A stretch of DNA of 64,000 bases, from NCBI GenBank assembly GCA_964187785.1, contig OZ076420.1, forward strand, positions 51,088,001 to 51,152,000. Reading direction: 5' to 3'. Each line of letters starts with the position of its first letter. Position 1 is the stretch's first letter. Below are positions 47,601 to 59,100 of this stretch, piece after piece. A program made the translations under genes and the position numbers. This DNA comes from Amphiscolops sp. MND2022 (lineage: Eukaryota). Below the pieces are notes generated by a model, which searched no databases, was not told the origin of the DNA, and saw only the letters and a program-made list of their open reading frames with translations.

Positions 47601-50600
47601 ACGTCTGCCTGAGTTTTAAAAGTGTACGATTTCAGTCGTTTTTCTGGCAAAAATTGAATTCAGTTATTGAATTTTGAAATATACTTGAATAGAATCGCTG
47701 AACAACATTCTGAGCGGCCGCTAAATCGCTAATTAGTGGTGTCAAAACTCTGGTTCTACCTGATGACGACCTTGACAAGTAAGTGTTTGTTGTTTCTGTG
47801 CCGCCGCCTCGAAAATGGCATTACTTTTTTCGAAAAACTAAGTCATCGTCCCAGCGAATCACTTGATGTTTTCGTTTTTTTCCTTTTTCTCGTTGTACCA
47901 AAGTACTCCATATAAGGGCTCATTGCCTGTTGAAGAATCCCTCTGATGCAATGTATTCTATGATTTCTGCGATAGTAGGAATAATATTGAAATCTGAATT
48001 ATTCAACTTTTTCAGTTCAATTTTCGTCTGATTCCGAGTACCTACTAAAAAATTCAGATATTTTCGCCAGTGACTAAAAGCGTGAGATTCAAATTTCTCA
48101 AGCTGCCGACAATTCGTTTCTCGTGCGATGGAACGAGCGAGTGATAATTATGCTTTCGTACGCCGAGTTATTGAGATGAAGCTTACGAGTGTTAATTATT
48201 CGTTGGCCGAGAGCTTCGCCTGCATTTAAATGCGAATGTGAAACTTCGTCTACGCTTAGTAGTTATATTTTCTTTAGTCCTAGAATAGTTAAAGGCAGTG
48301 TAAACTTGTAGAGATTAATTTTGTGCTATATAAATGATTAAGATATGCTTCTATTATTGAACATGAAAGCCTAAAGCAGAAATATACTGTGCCCCGCAGG
48401 GGCCTATTTTGAAATTATGATCCTATTGTGTTCTTATGAACTTTGAAACGCTATAGAATTTAATTTTGAAATGAATATGAACTTTGAAATTCCTATAGAA
48501 ATAGGAGGTTAATATTGAATTGTACTTTGGCCATATACGTTCGCAATTGAATCAAATAATGTATATAGAAGTATGAAACGACTGGCAAAAGATCAAATAA
48601 CATTAGTCAACAAAAATAACAACAGGAAACATAAATAAGGCCTTTTTCCAAGGTTATTTTAACGAAATCCAAGAAATATCTCCAAAATATGAAAGGTTTT
48701 GATACGTCCGGGATTCGAACACAGATTCGAACGCCGTTTGTGTAATCCGATGCGATCGGAATATCCACTTAGTTATCGCGCCGCTGAAACAAATCAAATA
48801 AATCTTTTTTTTAGGAGTCAGAATAAATTTTTGACTACTTATGCAATTGTACGTTTTTTTTCTCCCGACCTTTCAACAAAAATTTCAAATATCTCAACAA
48901 CTGTCTATGCGATTTTCTATAAGATATGCTTCTATTATTGAACATGAAAGACTAAAAGCAGAAACAAAATTGTGCCCCGCAGGGTCCTATTTTATAAAAT
49001 TCATTTTGTTATAAGCTGCATTCTTATATGAATATATCTATTTCTGTTGTGTGGCAGGAGATTCTGGAGTTGTATGGGTCGAGCTACGAGGACATGGGCG
49101 AGCTGGTGGATGATCTGGTGGAGTCCAGTGTGGAGTTGCTGGCCGGGGACAGGGACAAGATCAAGAGTGTGTTGTTCAACACAGAGGAGATACTCTCTTA
49201 CGTGCCCCATCTGCCTTCCGGTACGCACACCCCCTCCTGTTCATAACCTAATTTTATCATATTTACTTGGATACTCGTTTCCACGTTAAATGAAGCATGT
49301 CAGATGAAATGAACGACCAATAGAAATTGATTAGCTTGCTACCGCAAATCTCAACTAATGTGAACGAAATGGTAGCTTGAATGAACGGAGACCGCATACT
49401 ATTTTGTGTACATGTAGCATTCTTTGGTCAGCGTTAGTTAAGTTTTAAAGCGTTGTTGGTGATTCTTATTTGCCAACTCACTTGGATGCGGATATTGTCC
49501 ACTTGACTTCTGATTTTCACTTGACTTCTGATTTTAAAGCTTCTGAAGCCGAGGCAATTTACTTAACATCTGATATGCTTCACTCAACGCGGAAACAGTG
49601 TAATATAATGAGGAAGCGGTAAATATAGATTATTACATTTGGTCTACACCCAGTTTATTTTATAAGCAATTAGGTGGCGCTAATAGAATACGTTGCTTAA
49701 CAATTGCTTAACAATTTACCAATTTGAGGCCTATACGTTGCTTAACTATTGCTTAGCATTAGTCATTAAACAGGGAATTGCTACGCTTTATGCGCATACA
49801 TAATTAATTGTGTTTCAGTTGCAATGTATTATTAAACATTATGAGCCAGAAATCATTGGGCGCTTTTGGATTTAAGAAATCTATTTTACATAGAGGAATT
49901 CGTGAAGATATCGCCCTTAGTGGTGATGCAAATGAAAATCCATTCCCATGCACGTTCCCAAATTGTCCACAGAGATTCAAATCTAAAAAAGGAAGAACAC
50001 AGCATGCAATTGCAAAACATGGTTCAACTTCAAGTGCAATTTTACAACCAAGCCAGGTGGATGAAGATGTTATTGAAGAAATTTCAGATGATGATATTCA
50101 AGAAATCAAGCCAAAATTGAAGAGAAAAAAGTATGATTGCATGTTTAAACTGGATGTTTTGGATTTTATTGAGTTAAATCCAAGTGAAACAGACAATGAT
50201 ATTGCGGCCTATTTTCACATAAATCCAACTCAAGTTTGCAGGTGGAAGAAGCAGAAACAATTAATTCAGGAAAATGCTGCCAATTTTCGAAGGATTCATA
50301 AATTTAGATAATAATGTAAATTTATAATGGGTCGGTAAAGTTTCACCAGAAGGACTCAAAGATTACAAGGTTCCAAAACCAGTTGAATTCATAGAACCCC
50401 CTAAAGATCCTGTTCTAGATGATCCACCACAGGCAGAGTCTAACGAGAGTGTTCAAAGTACAGAAATTTATGACGAAGAAGAGGTGGAAGAAAGAATTGA
50501 TGATGAAAATTCAAGATTATTTGACTATGAAAATGTTGGGAGAAAGATTAAAGCATTGTATGATTCTGGATGGCATATTGGAGAAATCAAGTATTACAAT

Positions 50601-51288
50601 GTGACATTGGCAGAATACAAAATTGATTTTGAAGATGGCAGTGTTGATTACATATCTTTAGATGAAATTGATGGCATTGAAATTTTACTCATTTAATTTT
50701 TAAATTTAGATTACAAATTGCTTAAAAATTGCTTAACAATTTACAAATTCCAGAGTTTTCAAATTGCTTAATTATTGCTTAAGTTTTAGTGTTTTCTAGC
50801 CTACGTTGCTTATAAGCGATTGCTTATAAAATAAACTGGGTGTATTGCCATCACAGAGGCTAAGAATGATTAGTCCTGAATTGATTGAACAAAAGTTTCA
50901 CTTGTCTTTGACCCAAAACGGAAAAATAATTTTGGAATTTTTATTATCGACGAAGAACATTTTTCTTCAGCATCACAACACAGAAAATTTCCTACTGTTA
51001 AAAACTGGTTTTCCTCAGAAAATTTGTACTTTTCTGGTTTTCAACCAAGGTTTTGCTGTGTGAAGCCAACCGGTTATCGTGTTCACCACCAAATGTGGCA
51101 AAGAGGCAGGCACAGCTGTTGTGAATTTAGGCAAATACTCGTTCGAGGGCAAGTACGGAGTGGCTGTCTCACTCAACATTCGCCGCTCCAAGAGGGAAGA
51201 GATGGAACTGCGCAAGAATCTCTGGGCTCGATTGGAAGCAGACGAGGAGTATGATGATGATGATGACGACAAAAAACGCCAAAAGTGA
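29638..51288 (+). CDS. Host gene: BRICHOS-domain type II membrane protein; exons 29638-29973, 44915-45193, 46547-46798, 49058-49220, 51050-51288; apparently disrupted
   Basis: Canonical GT..AG junctions with matching phases (1,1,0,1). Exon 1 has RKKRSG plus a TM helix (WCLAGTFGAGMLVALIIVALTVVLVQVFC). Exons 2-3 carry BRICHOS-like SIVVDFHKQLAAIKV..ECFV and VGSAIEQFCSDAPILAL; the last exon has RRSKR. A -1 indel near 29815, a +1 indel near 46635 and an in-frame TGA at 51061 break the frame. Confidence 0.7.
31681..32949 (+). CDS. gag: Gag with RG/NQ-rich region and CCHC knuckle
   Basis: QANFLQLHLRDAALRYFQTL; CYNCGYPNHLAKDC; ends at the slippery heptamer A AAA AAC (32940-32946) before TAA. Confidence 0.9.
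   Translation: MAALPQLSLTPYSGLEKENFREFEHLLRSILAVAAVPQAQQANFLQLHLRDAALRYFQTLPVATRADLDLSLTALRDHFCNPRLQELHVLKLENLKFDPKTDNPENFLVTLQTKALKAYPDPNPPAVAPIDGAAPDAAVEQTRFDSETARGAEIIHSAQQTRSAQIRRQFIKNMPGWLRAKLLEQPENTTVEDLCIFARKQLSIYNLCKVEDSVMDAFSEVRPSVSDTLVTALTKLSHSQETMDNRLNEMSKKLEEQATNFTTQLQNQQNQNNSQRGSQNYRGQGYRGNRGNYRGRYRGNNRGNRGRGYQGRGRPWQNNYGRNYNQSNQNYQNSNFNQNQNSQQQWSNHNQENFQQGNSNQGSSQTTFEVFTPDPHYMPYTQQSTHTCYNCGYPNHLAKDCTAQGNPPQRGAQMPFNQNQKN
32947..38443 (+). CDS. pol: Pol (PR-RT-RH-IN-Pro-rich linker-macrodomain), frameshifted near 33085, 34015 and 35770
   Basis: ALIDTGAC, RILIDLRRVN, CMDD in place of YMDD, CDAS, TDN, HHCC, DLVGP/SDLG/VERS, and a C-terminal macrodomain at 38027-38440. Confidence 0.9.
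39043..39700 (-). CDS. Antisense OTU-like cysteine protease domain, spliced (intron 39237-39338)
   Basis: RAILAQGGECWVSSVFLLLTG (Cys 39612-39610), LKRIRTSIGMHM, and EPW|ILGTAQFLGWDVLIY joined in frame by a GTAAGT..polyY-CAG intron, then FLLHII..KFHCEPL (His 39077-39075). One frameshift in a T-run near 39550. Confidence 0.6.
40656..41053 (-). CDS. Antisense small type I membrane glycoprotein (reconstructed across one frameshift)
   Basis: Signal peptide MKLLIIATVWLCYTVAQA; Cys-rich ectodomain with NGT, NES and NET sequons; TM VLKVIIFAFIIVASALCCWW; acidic tail. Confidence 0.6.
41440..43851 (+). CDS. env: Env, class I fusion glycoprotein (two frameshifts near 41700 and 42105)
   Basis: Signal MLVLFLLVFFTPASV; furin site RHRR (41876-41887) followed by the hydrophobic GSQVGLAALAAVGLFGGGVALG; heptad-rich region, Cys-rich ectodomain and TM ISFMLTLTVFIVSTALHLIFMYIY. 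Confidence 0.85.
45456..45609. mobile_element. Tc1/mariner (Tigger-like) MITE
   Basis: TA flanks; imperfect TIRs CAGTTGAATCCGCTTAATTCGTATC / GATACGAATTAACCGGAGTTTATGGTG. Confidence 0.6.
47450..47752. mobile_element. hAT MITE
   Basis: TIR CAGAGTTTTGACA / TGTCAAAACTCTG; 8-bp TSD GTTCTGCC / GTTCTACC. A related partial copy ends near 44878. Confidence 0.8.
48700..48785 (-). other. tRNA-derived SINE head or tRNA pseudogene
   Basis: Minus strand has an A-box-like TAACTAAGTGG and B-box GTTCGAATC(C), duplicated; no clean cloverleaf. Confidence 0.45.
49647..50842 (+). mobile_element. pogo-like (Tc1/mariner) internally deleted DNA transposon
   Basis: TIR CACCCAGTTTATTTTATAAGCAAT at both ends, TA TSD. 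The ORF from 49841 has a C2H2-like finger and a Brinker/CENP-B-type HTH (KRKKYDCMFKLDVL..IAAYFHINPTQVCRWKKQK). No DDD core; the C-terminal frame is Tudor-like. Confidence 0.8.
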
Positions 51289-51622
51289 GGACGCTTAGAG
51301 GGCTGCAAAACCAAAGACATTCAACTCATACCAAAATTGCCGAGTTTGCTATAATGTAGTTTCTCTCCTCATTTAGTGATAGTTAGAGCCCGGACGAGTT
51401 AACCGATAAACTGGATAATCAATTCTTGAGCGAGTAAAAATTTGAATCAATGAAAGCAAGAAGTCGTTGACAGTTGGACCCTAGCCCAATTGGCGAACGG
51501 ATGGATGCTCGCTACAATGGTCTGAAAATCAAACTGAAAAACGAATGAAGGCGTGTCGCGTTATGACTAACGCTTAATCAATAATACTAATGCAACTACA
51601 ACAATAAAGTGCTCAACAAAAA

Positions 51623-51886
51623 ACACCTGATTTAATAAAAAGCTCTACAAACATCCCAGGGATACTCTCCCGTTTCTAATCAAAAATTCCCCTGCAAAAA
51701 TACAAAGCTAATCAATTCCCTTTGTGCTACCGCGCAGTTTATGATTAAAAACACCTGATTTAATAAAAGGTTCAACTATCATCCCAGGGCTTCGGAGCCG
51801 TTTCTAATCAAAAATTCCCCTGCAAAAATACAAAGCTAATCAATTCCCTTTGAGCTACAGAGCAGTTTATGATTAAAAACACCTGC
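51623..51886. repeat. 128-bp tandem duplication in the putative U3
   Basis: ACACCTG recurs at 51623, 51751 and 51879 with near-identical intervening sequence. Confidence 0.85.
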
Positions 51887-52507
51887 ATAAACAAAGCACA
51901 AAATTGAACTAACCTGGAGACGGAGGGAGATGAAGATGAAAAATTAATAAAGTAGGGCGGCTGGCAAAAGAAAGGGAGGCCGCAGAATAATAAAGTAAAT
52001 TCTCGGGGGACGCAAATACCGCGGGATTGCACAAATGAAAAAATTCTATTATTCACCGCGGAGATCCGAAATCTAAAGCTAAGCTCTGATTGGCTGAACG
52101 AAAACCAGACCAATCAGGCTCTTCGGCAGAAGTGCTGAGCTGTTCTTATACGGCGCGCGCAGGCTGGAGCCTCATTCTTCCCTCCAACCGGCAGAGCTTC
52201 AACACCTAAAAAGCTCTCTCCCACTTTCTCTTCTCCTCAGCTTCTCTCCACTTTACTCAAAAACTCATTCCCCACTTTTCTTTTCCCTCGGTCTTATTTC
52301 TTCAAGACCAAAAAATTTCTATCTTTCATTCTCCTCTTCCCCTTCCTTTGGTCTTAAAATATTTCAATCTTGTGCTAAGTCCCACAGCACCAGCAGAATT
52401 TTCTATCTTAGAAAATTCTCCTCAACTCAATTTGGACTCCGTTTTGGTGAGTGAAAAATAACTTAGTTTCTTTTTGTGGAGATTTCTGATTCTCCCTTTT
52501 CTAACTA

Positions 52508-52836
52508 AATTTTATCTTAATAAAATTCCGCGGATTTCATTCAGCGATTGCTTAAATTTTATCTTAGTAAAATTTCACTGATTCTACTCAGTGGTTATCT
52601 GAATTTTATCTTAGTAAAATTTCACTGATTCTACTCAGTGGTTATTTAAATTTTATCTTAGTAAAATTCCACTGATTCTACTCAGTGGTTATTTGAATTT
52701 TATCCTAATAAAATTCCGCTGATTTCATTCAGCGATTGTTTAAATTTTATCTTAGCAAAATTTCACTGATTCTACTCAGTGGTTATTTGAATTTTATCTT
52801 AGTAAAATTCCGCTGATTTCATTCTGCGGTTATCTC
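52508..52836. repeat. 47-bp tandem array x7 of double-hairpin units
   Basis: Unit AATTTTATCTTAGTAAAATT(T/C)C(A/G)CTGATT..TCAG(T/C)G.TT.TT. Confidence 0.9.
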
Positions 52837-54647
52837 ATTTCTAATTACAAAAATACTAAATAAATGGTTGGCGTTACACTAGTATTTACAAAATCATTTC
52901 ACCGTGTTTACCTAGTTAGTTTGTTCCTTATAAAAAGTCCTAATACTGTCTCTCCACCCAACAGAGCAGTGACTTCAAAAAACTAAAAATTGCTGGTTTA
53001 AATTATCACCGGCTAAAATCATTTTTCATTTGCGGCAGATCTAAAGCATTTTCAATATGAAAGTGTAAAAGCTTGCATTTTAGTCTGTATATTTTAATAC
53101 TAATTTTCTGATGTACATAAATGCTCTCTGATATATTTTGTGAAGCTACTTTGCTCAAAATTGGAACAAATCTTTCAAATTAACTGAAGTGAAGTAAGTA
53201 GTTGTTTTGCTGCTGTATTTAACAAAAGATGGAATAGATACTGAGATGCCTAAAAAATTTTACTTAGTACTATTGTATGTTCACGTGATATAATTCAACA
53301 TATTTCCTTTCAATACTTTTCCCCTTTTCAGATAACTCATTTACATACACTGCCTTGCACTACTCACGCAACTCCCTTTGTTCGCACGTACACGCAAGGC
53401 ATTTCCTTTCTAGTATTACACGGAGTAAGCTTTGAGACTTTCTTACTCATTTACCATCAATAATAGAACAGCCACCTGAAAGTACTTTGCAAAATGCTAC
53501 ATAAGCTGAACTGACTAATACTGATAACAACTGAACAGTCACTTGAAAGGGAAAGTGATGCAAACAGGAAAAAGTAAATAGTAAAATTCATCCATGCGTG
53601 CAACAAACTGGTGCGACCAGTGAGGCACCCTTTCTCTCTCTTAGTAGAGAAGTAAATGAGTTATCTGTTAGAATCCCTACTCTCAGAAGTTAGGGTTAAC
53701 TACCTATTTCTCTTAACATTACTTATGATCCTCTTTTTTCTCCTATTGCCCCAGTATGTGGCTTCTTTGGTCTATATAAATCATAGAACTGCTAGAAAAT
53801 ACTCCAATAGAATCTCTCCAGCTTAATAGCCTTCAAAGAGACTGTGCACTACTCAACTTAGTCCTCTTAATCCCCAAAAACGGTTAGAGTTAATCTACTT
53901 CTTCGGAAATGCAAGACTACATTCGGTCCCAAAACAAGAATGAAAATGTTTTCTAACACGGAACTTAAACCTACAGTTGGGAAATTCACTCTTGTCCAGA
54001 CGGACACATATTAAGTAAAAGCCCGCCTAGGTCTCCTCGGAGGCTGATTGAAGGCCGTGAGCCCAGTGGGTGTCCCGGAACCTGTGTAGCATCCCAAGAG
54101 GGAAACCTAGTATTCTAGTGATAGTACCCAAGTGCTTGCATGATAGTGATCTTGGCCCCGCGCACTTAATCCTGAGGACGAGAGTGACTCCCTCTATTTG
54201 TTTATTGTATTACCTCTACAAAGGCCATTGTAAGGCTAGACTAGCGAACTGAGTACCTTTTGGGACCGACTGTACTCTCCACATATATATATATATATAT
54301 ATTTTGGGTTAAATCGGAGGAGTGGTATACCCCGAACTGCCCTTTCCTTTACTCATATAAATTTAGCGGGATTTGTAAGTATCCCCTAAAAATTTGGGAT
54401 TTGAGTATTAAACCCGGAGGACTAACGTAAGCTGAGAGGAGAGATCAAAAAATTTTTTTTTGCATACTATTGAGTATATGCAAAGCCAGACCTGCCTAGC
54501 GCTCATCATCTTTAGAACTCTTGCAAGAGCGTGTTTTACCTTAGTCATTTGCGGTCATTTACAGAGACCTGGAGTATCCTACCTAATCGAATCTTTAATT
54601 TATTATTCGTTGCTAAAATTTCTCTCTCTAATAATTTCAACAGCTCA

Positions 54648-56105
54648 ATGGCTGCGCAAAATTACTTGGCATATCCAGACCTCGGCCGAGACCAATTCAC
54701 AGGAACAGACCCAGATCAAGATCCTGAACAATTTATACAGCTCATTGAAAAGAAGTTCCGGTTTTCTCATGGTGATACCCCAGCCAACGGACCAGCACTT
54801 GACGACTACAACTTCAGAAGAAAATCCTATTTTGCTACACTATTAAGAGGACCCGCAGCAGAGTGGTTCGAGACCAGCATCACAGACGCTAACACTTGGG
54901 CAGAAATCAGAGAGAGGTTCATCACACGATTCGCAGATGGCAGAAACAAGTTTAGACACAGGATGGAAGCCGAACATGTCATCAGACGAGATGGAGAAGA
55001 AATAAAGAACTTCCTACACAGAATCAAAATAGTAGTGGGAAAAGGATGGCCAGATGACCTAGCCGGAGTTGCACAGAACAATAGAGACGCCGAAAGGGCA
55101 GCTCAAGACAGACAAAGAAGACAGAGATGCATTGACTACTCCCTAAGAGGCCTTAGACCTCCAAAGCTGAGGGAAAAGGCACACGAATATCTAATGGACC
55201 ACCCGAACGCAACCTGGGAGCAATTTTCACAAGCAGTAATAAATAAAGACCTTTCCTATACTGTAACTACCGCCCTAACTGGCGGAGAGTCACACGCAGA
55301 CCCACTCATACAAGAAATGCGAGACGATCTGAAGGGAATTAAACTACAAATAAAAGAACAAATGAATAACACGGTCAACGCGGTGGAGAAAACGGTAGAC
55401 CCTAATGCTACAGGAAGAAGAATGGCCACACGATTTTGCGGCTATTGCCGAACAAACGGGCATACACCTAACTGGTACAGAAAGAAAATGAGAGATGAGG
55501 AGGTCAAGAAGGTTCAAAACGAAGCTAACGCAGAGAGAAGAATAACATTCACCAACGATTACAATAAAAGAACTGGACCTGAGCACGGCTCAAGATTTCA
55601 GACAAGACTACCCGGTTCAGAGATCCGAAAAAATATGGCGGTTGCACATCAACTGGCACTTGCGGGAGCCATGCAAGCACCCCCCTCATGGAACCGATTT
55701 GATAGATCGCAGAACAGAAACTTTAACCCAGAACGCAGATCTACAAATACTAGATTTAGCTCCGGTAACCAGAGATTTTCGCAAGAGGTTAGAAGACCTT
55801 TTTCCAATAATTCTAACAGTTCCAGAAGCATTTCCCCAGGACCACAGAGAGTTAGATCTCCTTTTAACTTCAACAGAGACCAGCCTAACTCTTTTAATCG
55901 CAACATACAACCTCTCCCACCAAGGAATAACTCAGGTTTCCAGAGACAACAACAAAACAGAAACGAAAGATCCAATACTCCTACTCAGTTTTACGAGCAA
56001 AGATTCCCGAAAACTACCGACATGGGAAGATCTAACACAGTACAATTTTTAGAGACTGACTACTCAGTGAACTCAGTAGCCGATTTTCGTCCTTTAAACT
56101 ACTAA
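54648..56105 (+). CDS. gag: Gag
   Basis: FATLLRGPAAEWF, IKNFLHRIK, FCGYCRTNGHTPNWY (degenerate knuckle), R/N/Q-rich tail; ends T TTA AAC TAC TAA. Confidence 0.9.
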   Translation: MAAQNYLAYPDLGRDQFTGTDPDQDPEQFIQLIEKKFRFSHGDTPANGPALDDYNFRRKSYFATLLRGPAAEWFETSITDANTWAEIRERFITRFADGRNKFRHRMEAEHVIRRDGEEIKNFLHRIKIVVGKGWPDDLAGVAQNNRDAERAAQDRQRRQRCIDYSLRGLRPPKLREKAHEYLMDHPNATWEQFSQAVINKDLSYTVTTALTGGESHADPLIQEMRDDLKGIKLQIKEQMNNTVNAVEKTVDPNATGRRMATRFCGYCRTNGHTPNWYRKKMRDEEVKKVQNEANAERRITFTNDYNKRTGPEHGSRFQTRLPGSEIRKNMAVAHQLALAGAMQAPPSWNRFDRSQNRNFNPERRSTNTRFSSGNQRFSQEVRRPFSNNSNSSRSISPGPQRVRSPFNFNRDQPNSFNRNIQPLPPRNNSGFQRQQQNRNERSNTPTQFYEQRFPKTTDMGRSNTVQFLETDYSVNSVADFRPLNY

Positions 56106-59100
56106 GGTCTCCGAAAAATAAAAGTAGCAGCAGTGCCCCACTAAAATTTAGTCTTAATCTTTATTATTTTGCTGCCGGAGACTCACAAAAAGATAGTGGC
56201 TTGGAAATTGATTTTCTACTGGACACTGGGGCAACATCTTCAATCATCAACTATAGAACATTTAGAGAACTTTGTCAATTTCAACAAGATCTTGAACTCA
56301 GTAGGAGCAACAACACAACACGGAACTACTCTGGTCAAATCATCCCTATGATGGGATACATTTCGCTAAGACTCTACTATGACTCCGACGGCCAACATAA
56401 CTTCCCTCTGACAATCTGGATCACCGAAATGAAGACACAGAACCTTCTTGGAATGAACTTTTGCCAAGAACAAGTCAACAAAATACACTTCGATCTTCCC
56501 GGCATAGAACTCAAGAAACCGACTAATACCTTCTGTTACGGCAGTCTTCAACTCAACAAAAGTTACCCTTATGTATCGCAAATCTTCTCTGTCCGGATTC
56601 CTTACTCAATGTATATCGAGCCAAAAACGACAAGGTGTTACAAATTTGCACCGGAGAAGACTAAGAACTCTTTTCCTCCTGGATCTACGTTCCTACCCAA
56701 CAGAAAGGCAGTCTCTACAGGACTCAACTTCATAAATGTCCTTTGTACACGGTTTGAGAAGACTTTGCCAATCGTTATGGAAAACAACAAGAACCATACA
56801 ATCACGCTAGTAAAAGGAACAATAGGATACTCCATGCTAGACGTCATAGACAAAGAAATCCCAAAATATCAGATTAGAAATCCTACCGAACTCGCTTACA
56901 CCATTTTAAGCGAAAACGAAGAATACAATGATTGCTTCTTACTACACTCTACTATCCCTTCACAAGATATGAACGATTGCCTCAGAATAGAAGGAGGAAA
57001 TTCCACAACAATACTCAGCAGACCAGATTCTATCATCATCTTTGTCCCGGCTGATCTAAAGCCAGCCAAAGGCTTCTCTAAAGAAATTTTAACAAAAATA
57101 CCTTCACTAAAAGACTCTTGTGCAAAACAGAGGCCACAAAAAGGCGACACAGTACCATACTGGGATACAACTCTAAAGCGATTTATATACGTCCTAATAA
57201 CTAAAGCTAAATCGAAAGACAAAATCGACCCACAAATCTTAGCCCAATCGCTGGAAACACTAAAAGCCCACGCTAAAATGAATAACATCAAGACTGTTTC
57301 TATGTTACGAGAAGCATCAGAACTAGAGGACTTCCAATGGCAAGACGTTACACAAATTATTCAAGACATTTTTGCCTACTCAGAAATACAACTCCGAATT
57401 TATACAAGAAACGAGCTAGATGTCTACGCCATGACTACCAGAGGAGACCCCGAATATGGACTAGAAGATGAAATACAACAATATTCAGAAGAATTCCACT
57501 TGAAGCACAGAGAACTGGAAACTGACTTTACTAGAGACGCAAAGTCCTGTCAACCACCTTGTGAAGAACAATTCAAGATATTTAGGCCCAAAGAAGACAA
57601 CGATTGTCTCATTGAATACTACCTACAATATCAGAACAAGGAAGCAGTTCAATACATCAAGGAATTTGACTTTCGCTACTCAGACCTCACAGACGAAGAA
57701 CTTGTTCTTCTAATAGACCTACTAATGGATGCTAGAGATGTATACTCACAACACAAGTTCGACGTTGGAAAGACTAGACAGAAATTTAACATCAAGCTGG
57801 AACAGGGAGCAATTCTGAAGAGACAGAGACCTAGCAAAGTACCACTACACCTACGTGAGAAGTTAGAGAAACTACTAACACAACTCAAAGAGGCTGGCAT
57901 AATAAGAGAAATGGGAGATGACGACGAAATGGGATCCCTATTCGTAAACCCCATCATCCTACAACCAAAGCACGATTATGTTAAGCTGATCATAGACGCA
58001 AGATACCTGAGTTCAGTAACTGATCTAACAAACTACTCCCGGCCCTTGGAACCAATCCAAACCATAATGACGCTCATCAACGGGAAGATATTCTCAGTAA
58101 GCGATCTCTCTTGCGCTTTTCACCAAGTCCCACTAGATGAGCCCACACAGAAGTTAACTAGCTTCATAATTGGCGGTAAACAATACACATTCACCAGAGG
58201 ATTCTACGGACTTAAAGGATTACCCAGCTTCTTCAGCCGTATGATGACAATCCATTTTGAACCCCTCATCAAGAAGAAACAAGCAATAACCTACATAGAC
58301 GACACGTTAATGCAGGCCAAAAACAAACAAGAGATGTTCACAGTGATCCAAGAATACCATGACCTACTACGGAAAGCAGGACTCAAGGCAGCGCCCGACA
58401 AAACACTATTCTTCTTGCGAAAAGTTAAGTTCCTGGGACATGTGATTGCAGCAGACGGAATACAACCTGTAGCTAAGCGAGTCAGGGATCTTCACAATCT
58501 CAAATCGCCAAAAACAAAAACTGAGGTAAAGAGCTTCCTAGGGGCTCTGGGATTCTATAGCTGTTACATCAAGAATCTACATGTCGATAGCCGGCCTTTC
58601 TACGAGCTGACCAAGAAAGATACAAACTTTTGTTGGAAACAAGAACATGAAGACCTCTTCCAAGAAATAAAGAAGAGAATCAGCGAAGACACAGTTCTTG
58701 CAGTACCTTCAACAAAACACCCGTTTCATATACACGTAGACTCGTCCAATGTGGGGACAGGATGTATACTCATACAACAATTTCCAGAGGGGAAACGGAT
58801 CATCTCTTTCAATTCCAGAATTTTCGCAAAAGAAGAACAAAAGATGTCCACACTACATAGAGAACTATGTGGAATAGTCTCAGCACTACAAACATATGAG
58901 CACTATATCATTGGATCTCCCTTCTCGATCTATCTATATTGTGACCATAAACCAATTCTTTATCTCTGGGGACGAAAAGGACAGGTTTCACCACGATTCT
59001 TCAGGTACCAAGTGATTATTTCCAAGTTCCCAAATCTAAAGATAATATGGACGCCGGGAAGCAACTTGGCCTTCCCCGATATACTCAGCCGAAATGTCTC

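Noticed and set aside
51061-51063. In-frame TGA as selenocysteine
   Set aside because: No SECIS could be identified, and the gene has two other frame lesions; a nonsense change or sequencing error is simpler.
52508-52836. CRISPR-like palindromic repeat array
   Set aside because: Units abut with no unique spacers, there are no cas genes, and the context is a eukaryotic retroelement.
56580-56830. dUTPase between PR and RT (also 33500-33770)
   Set aside because: Only a vague beta-rich resemblance; none of the five dUTPase motifs is recognisable.
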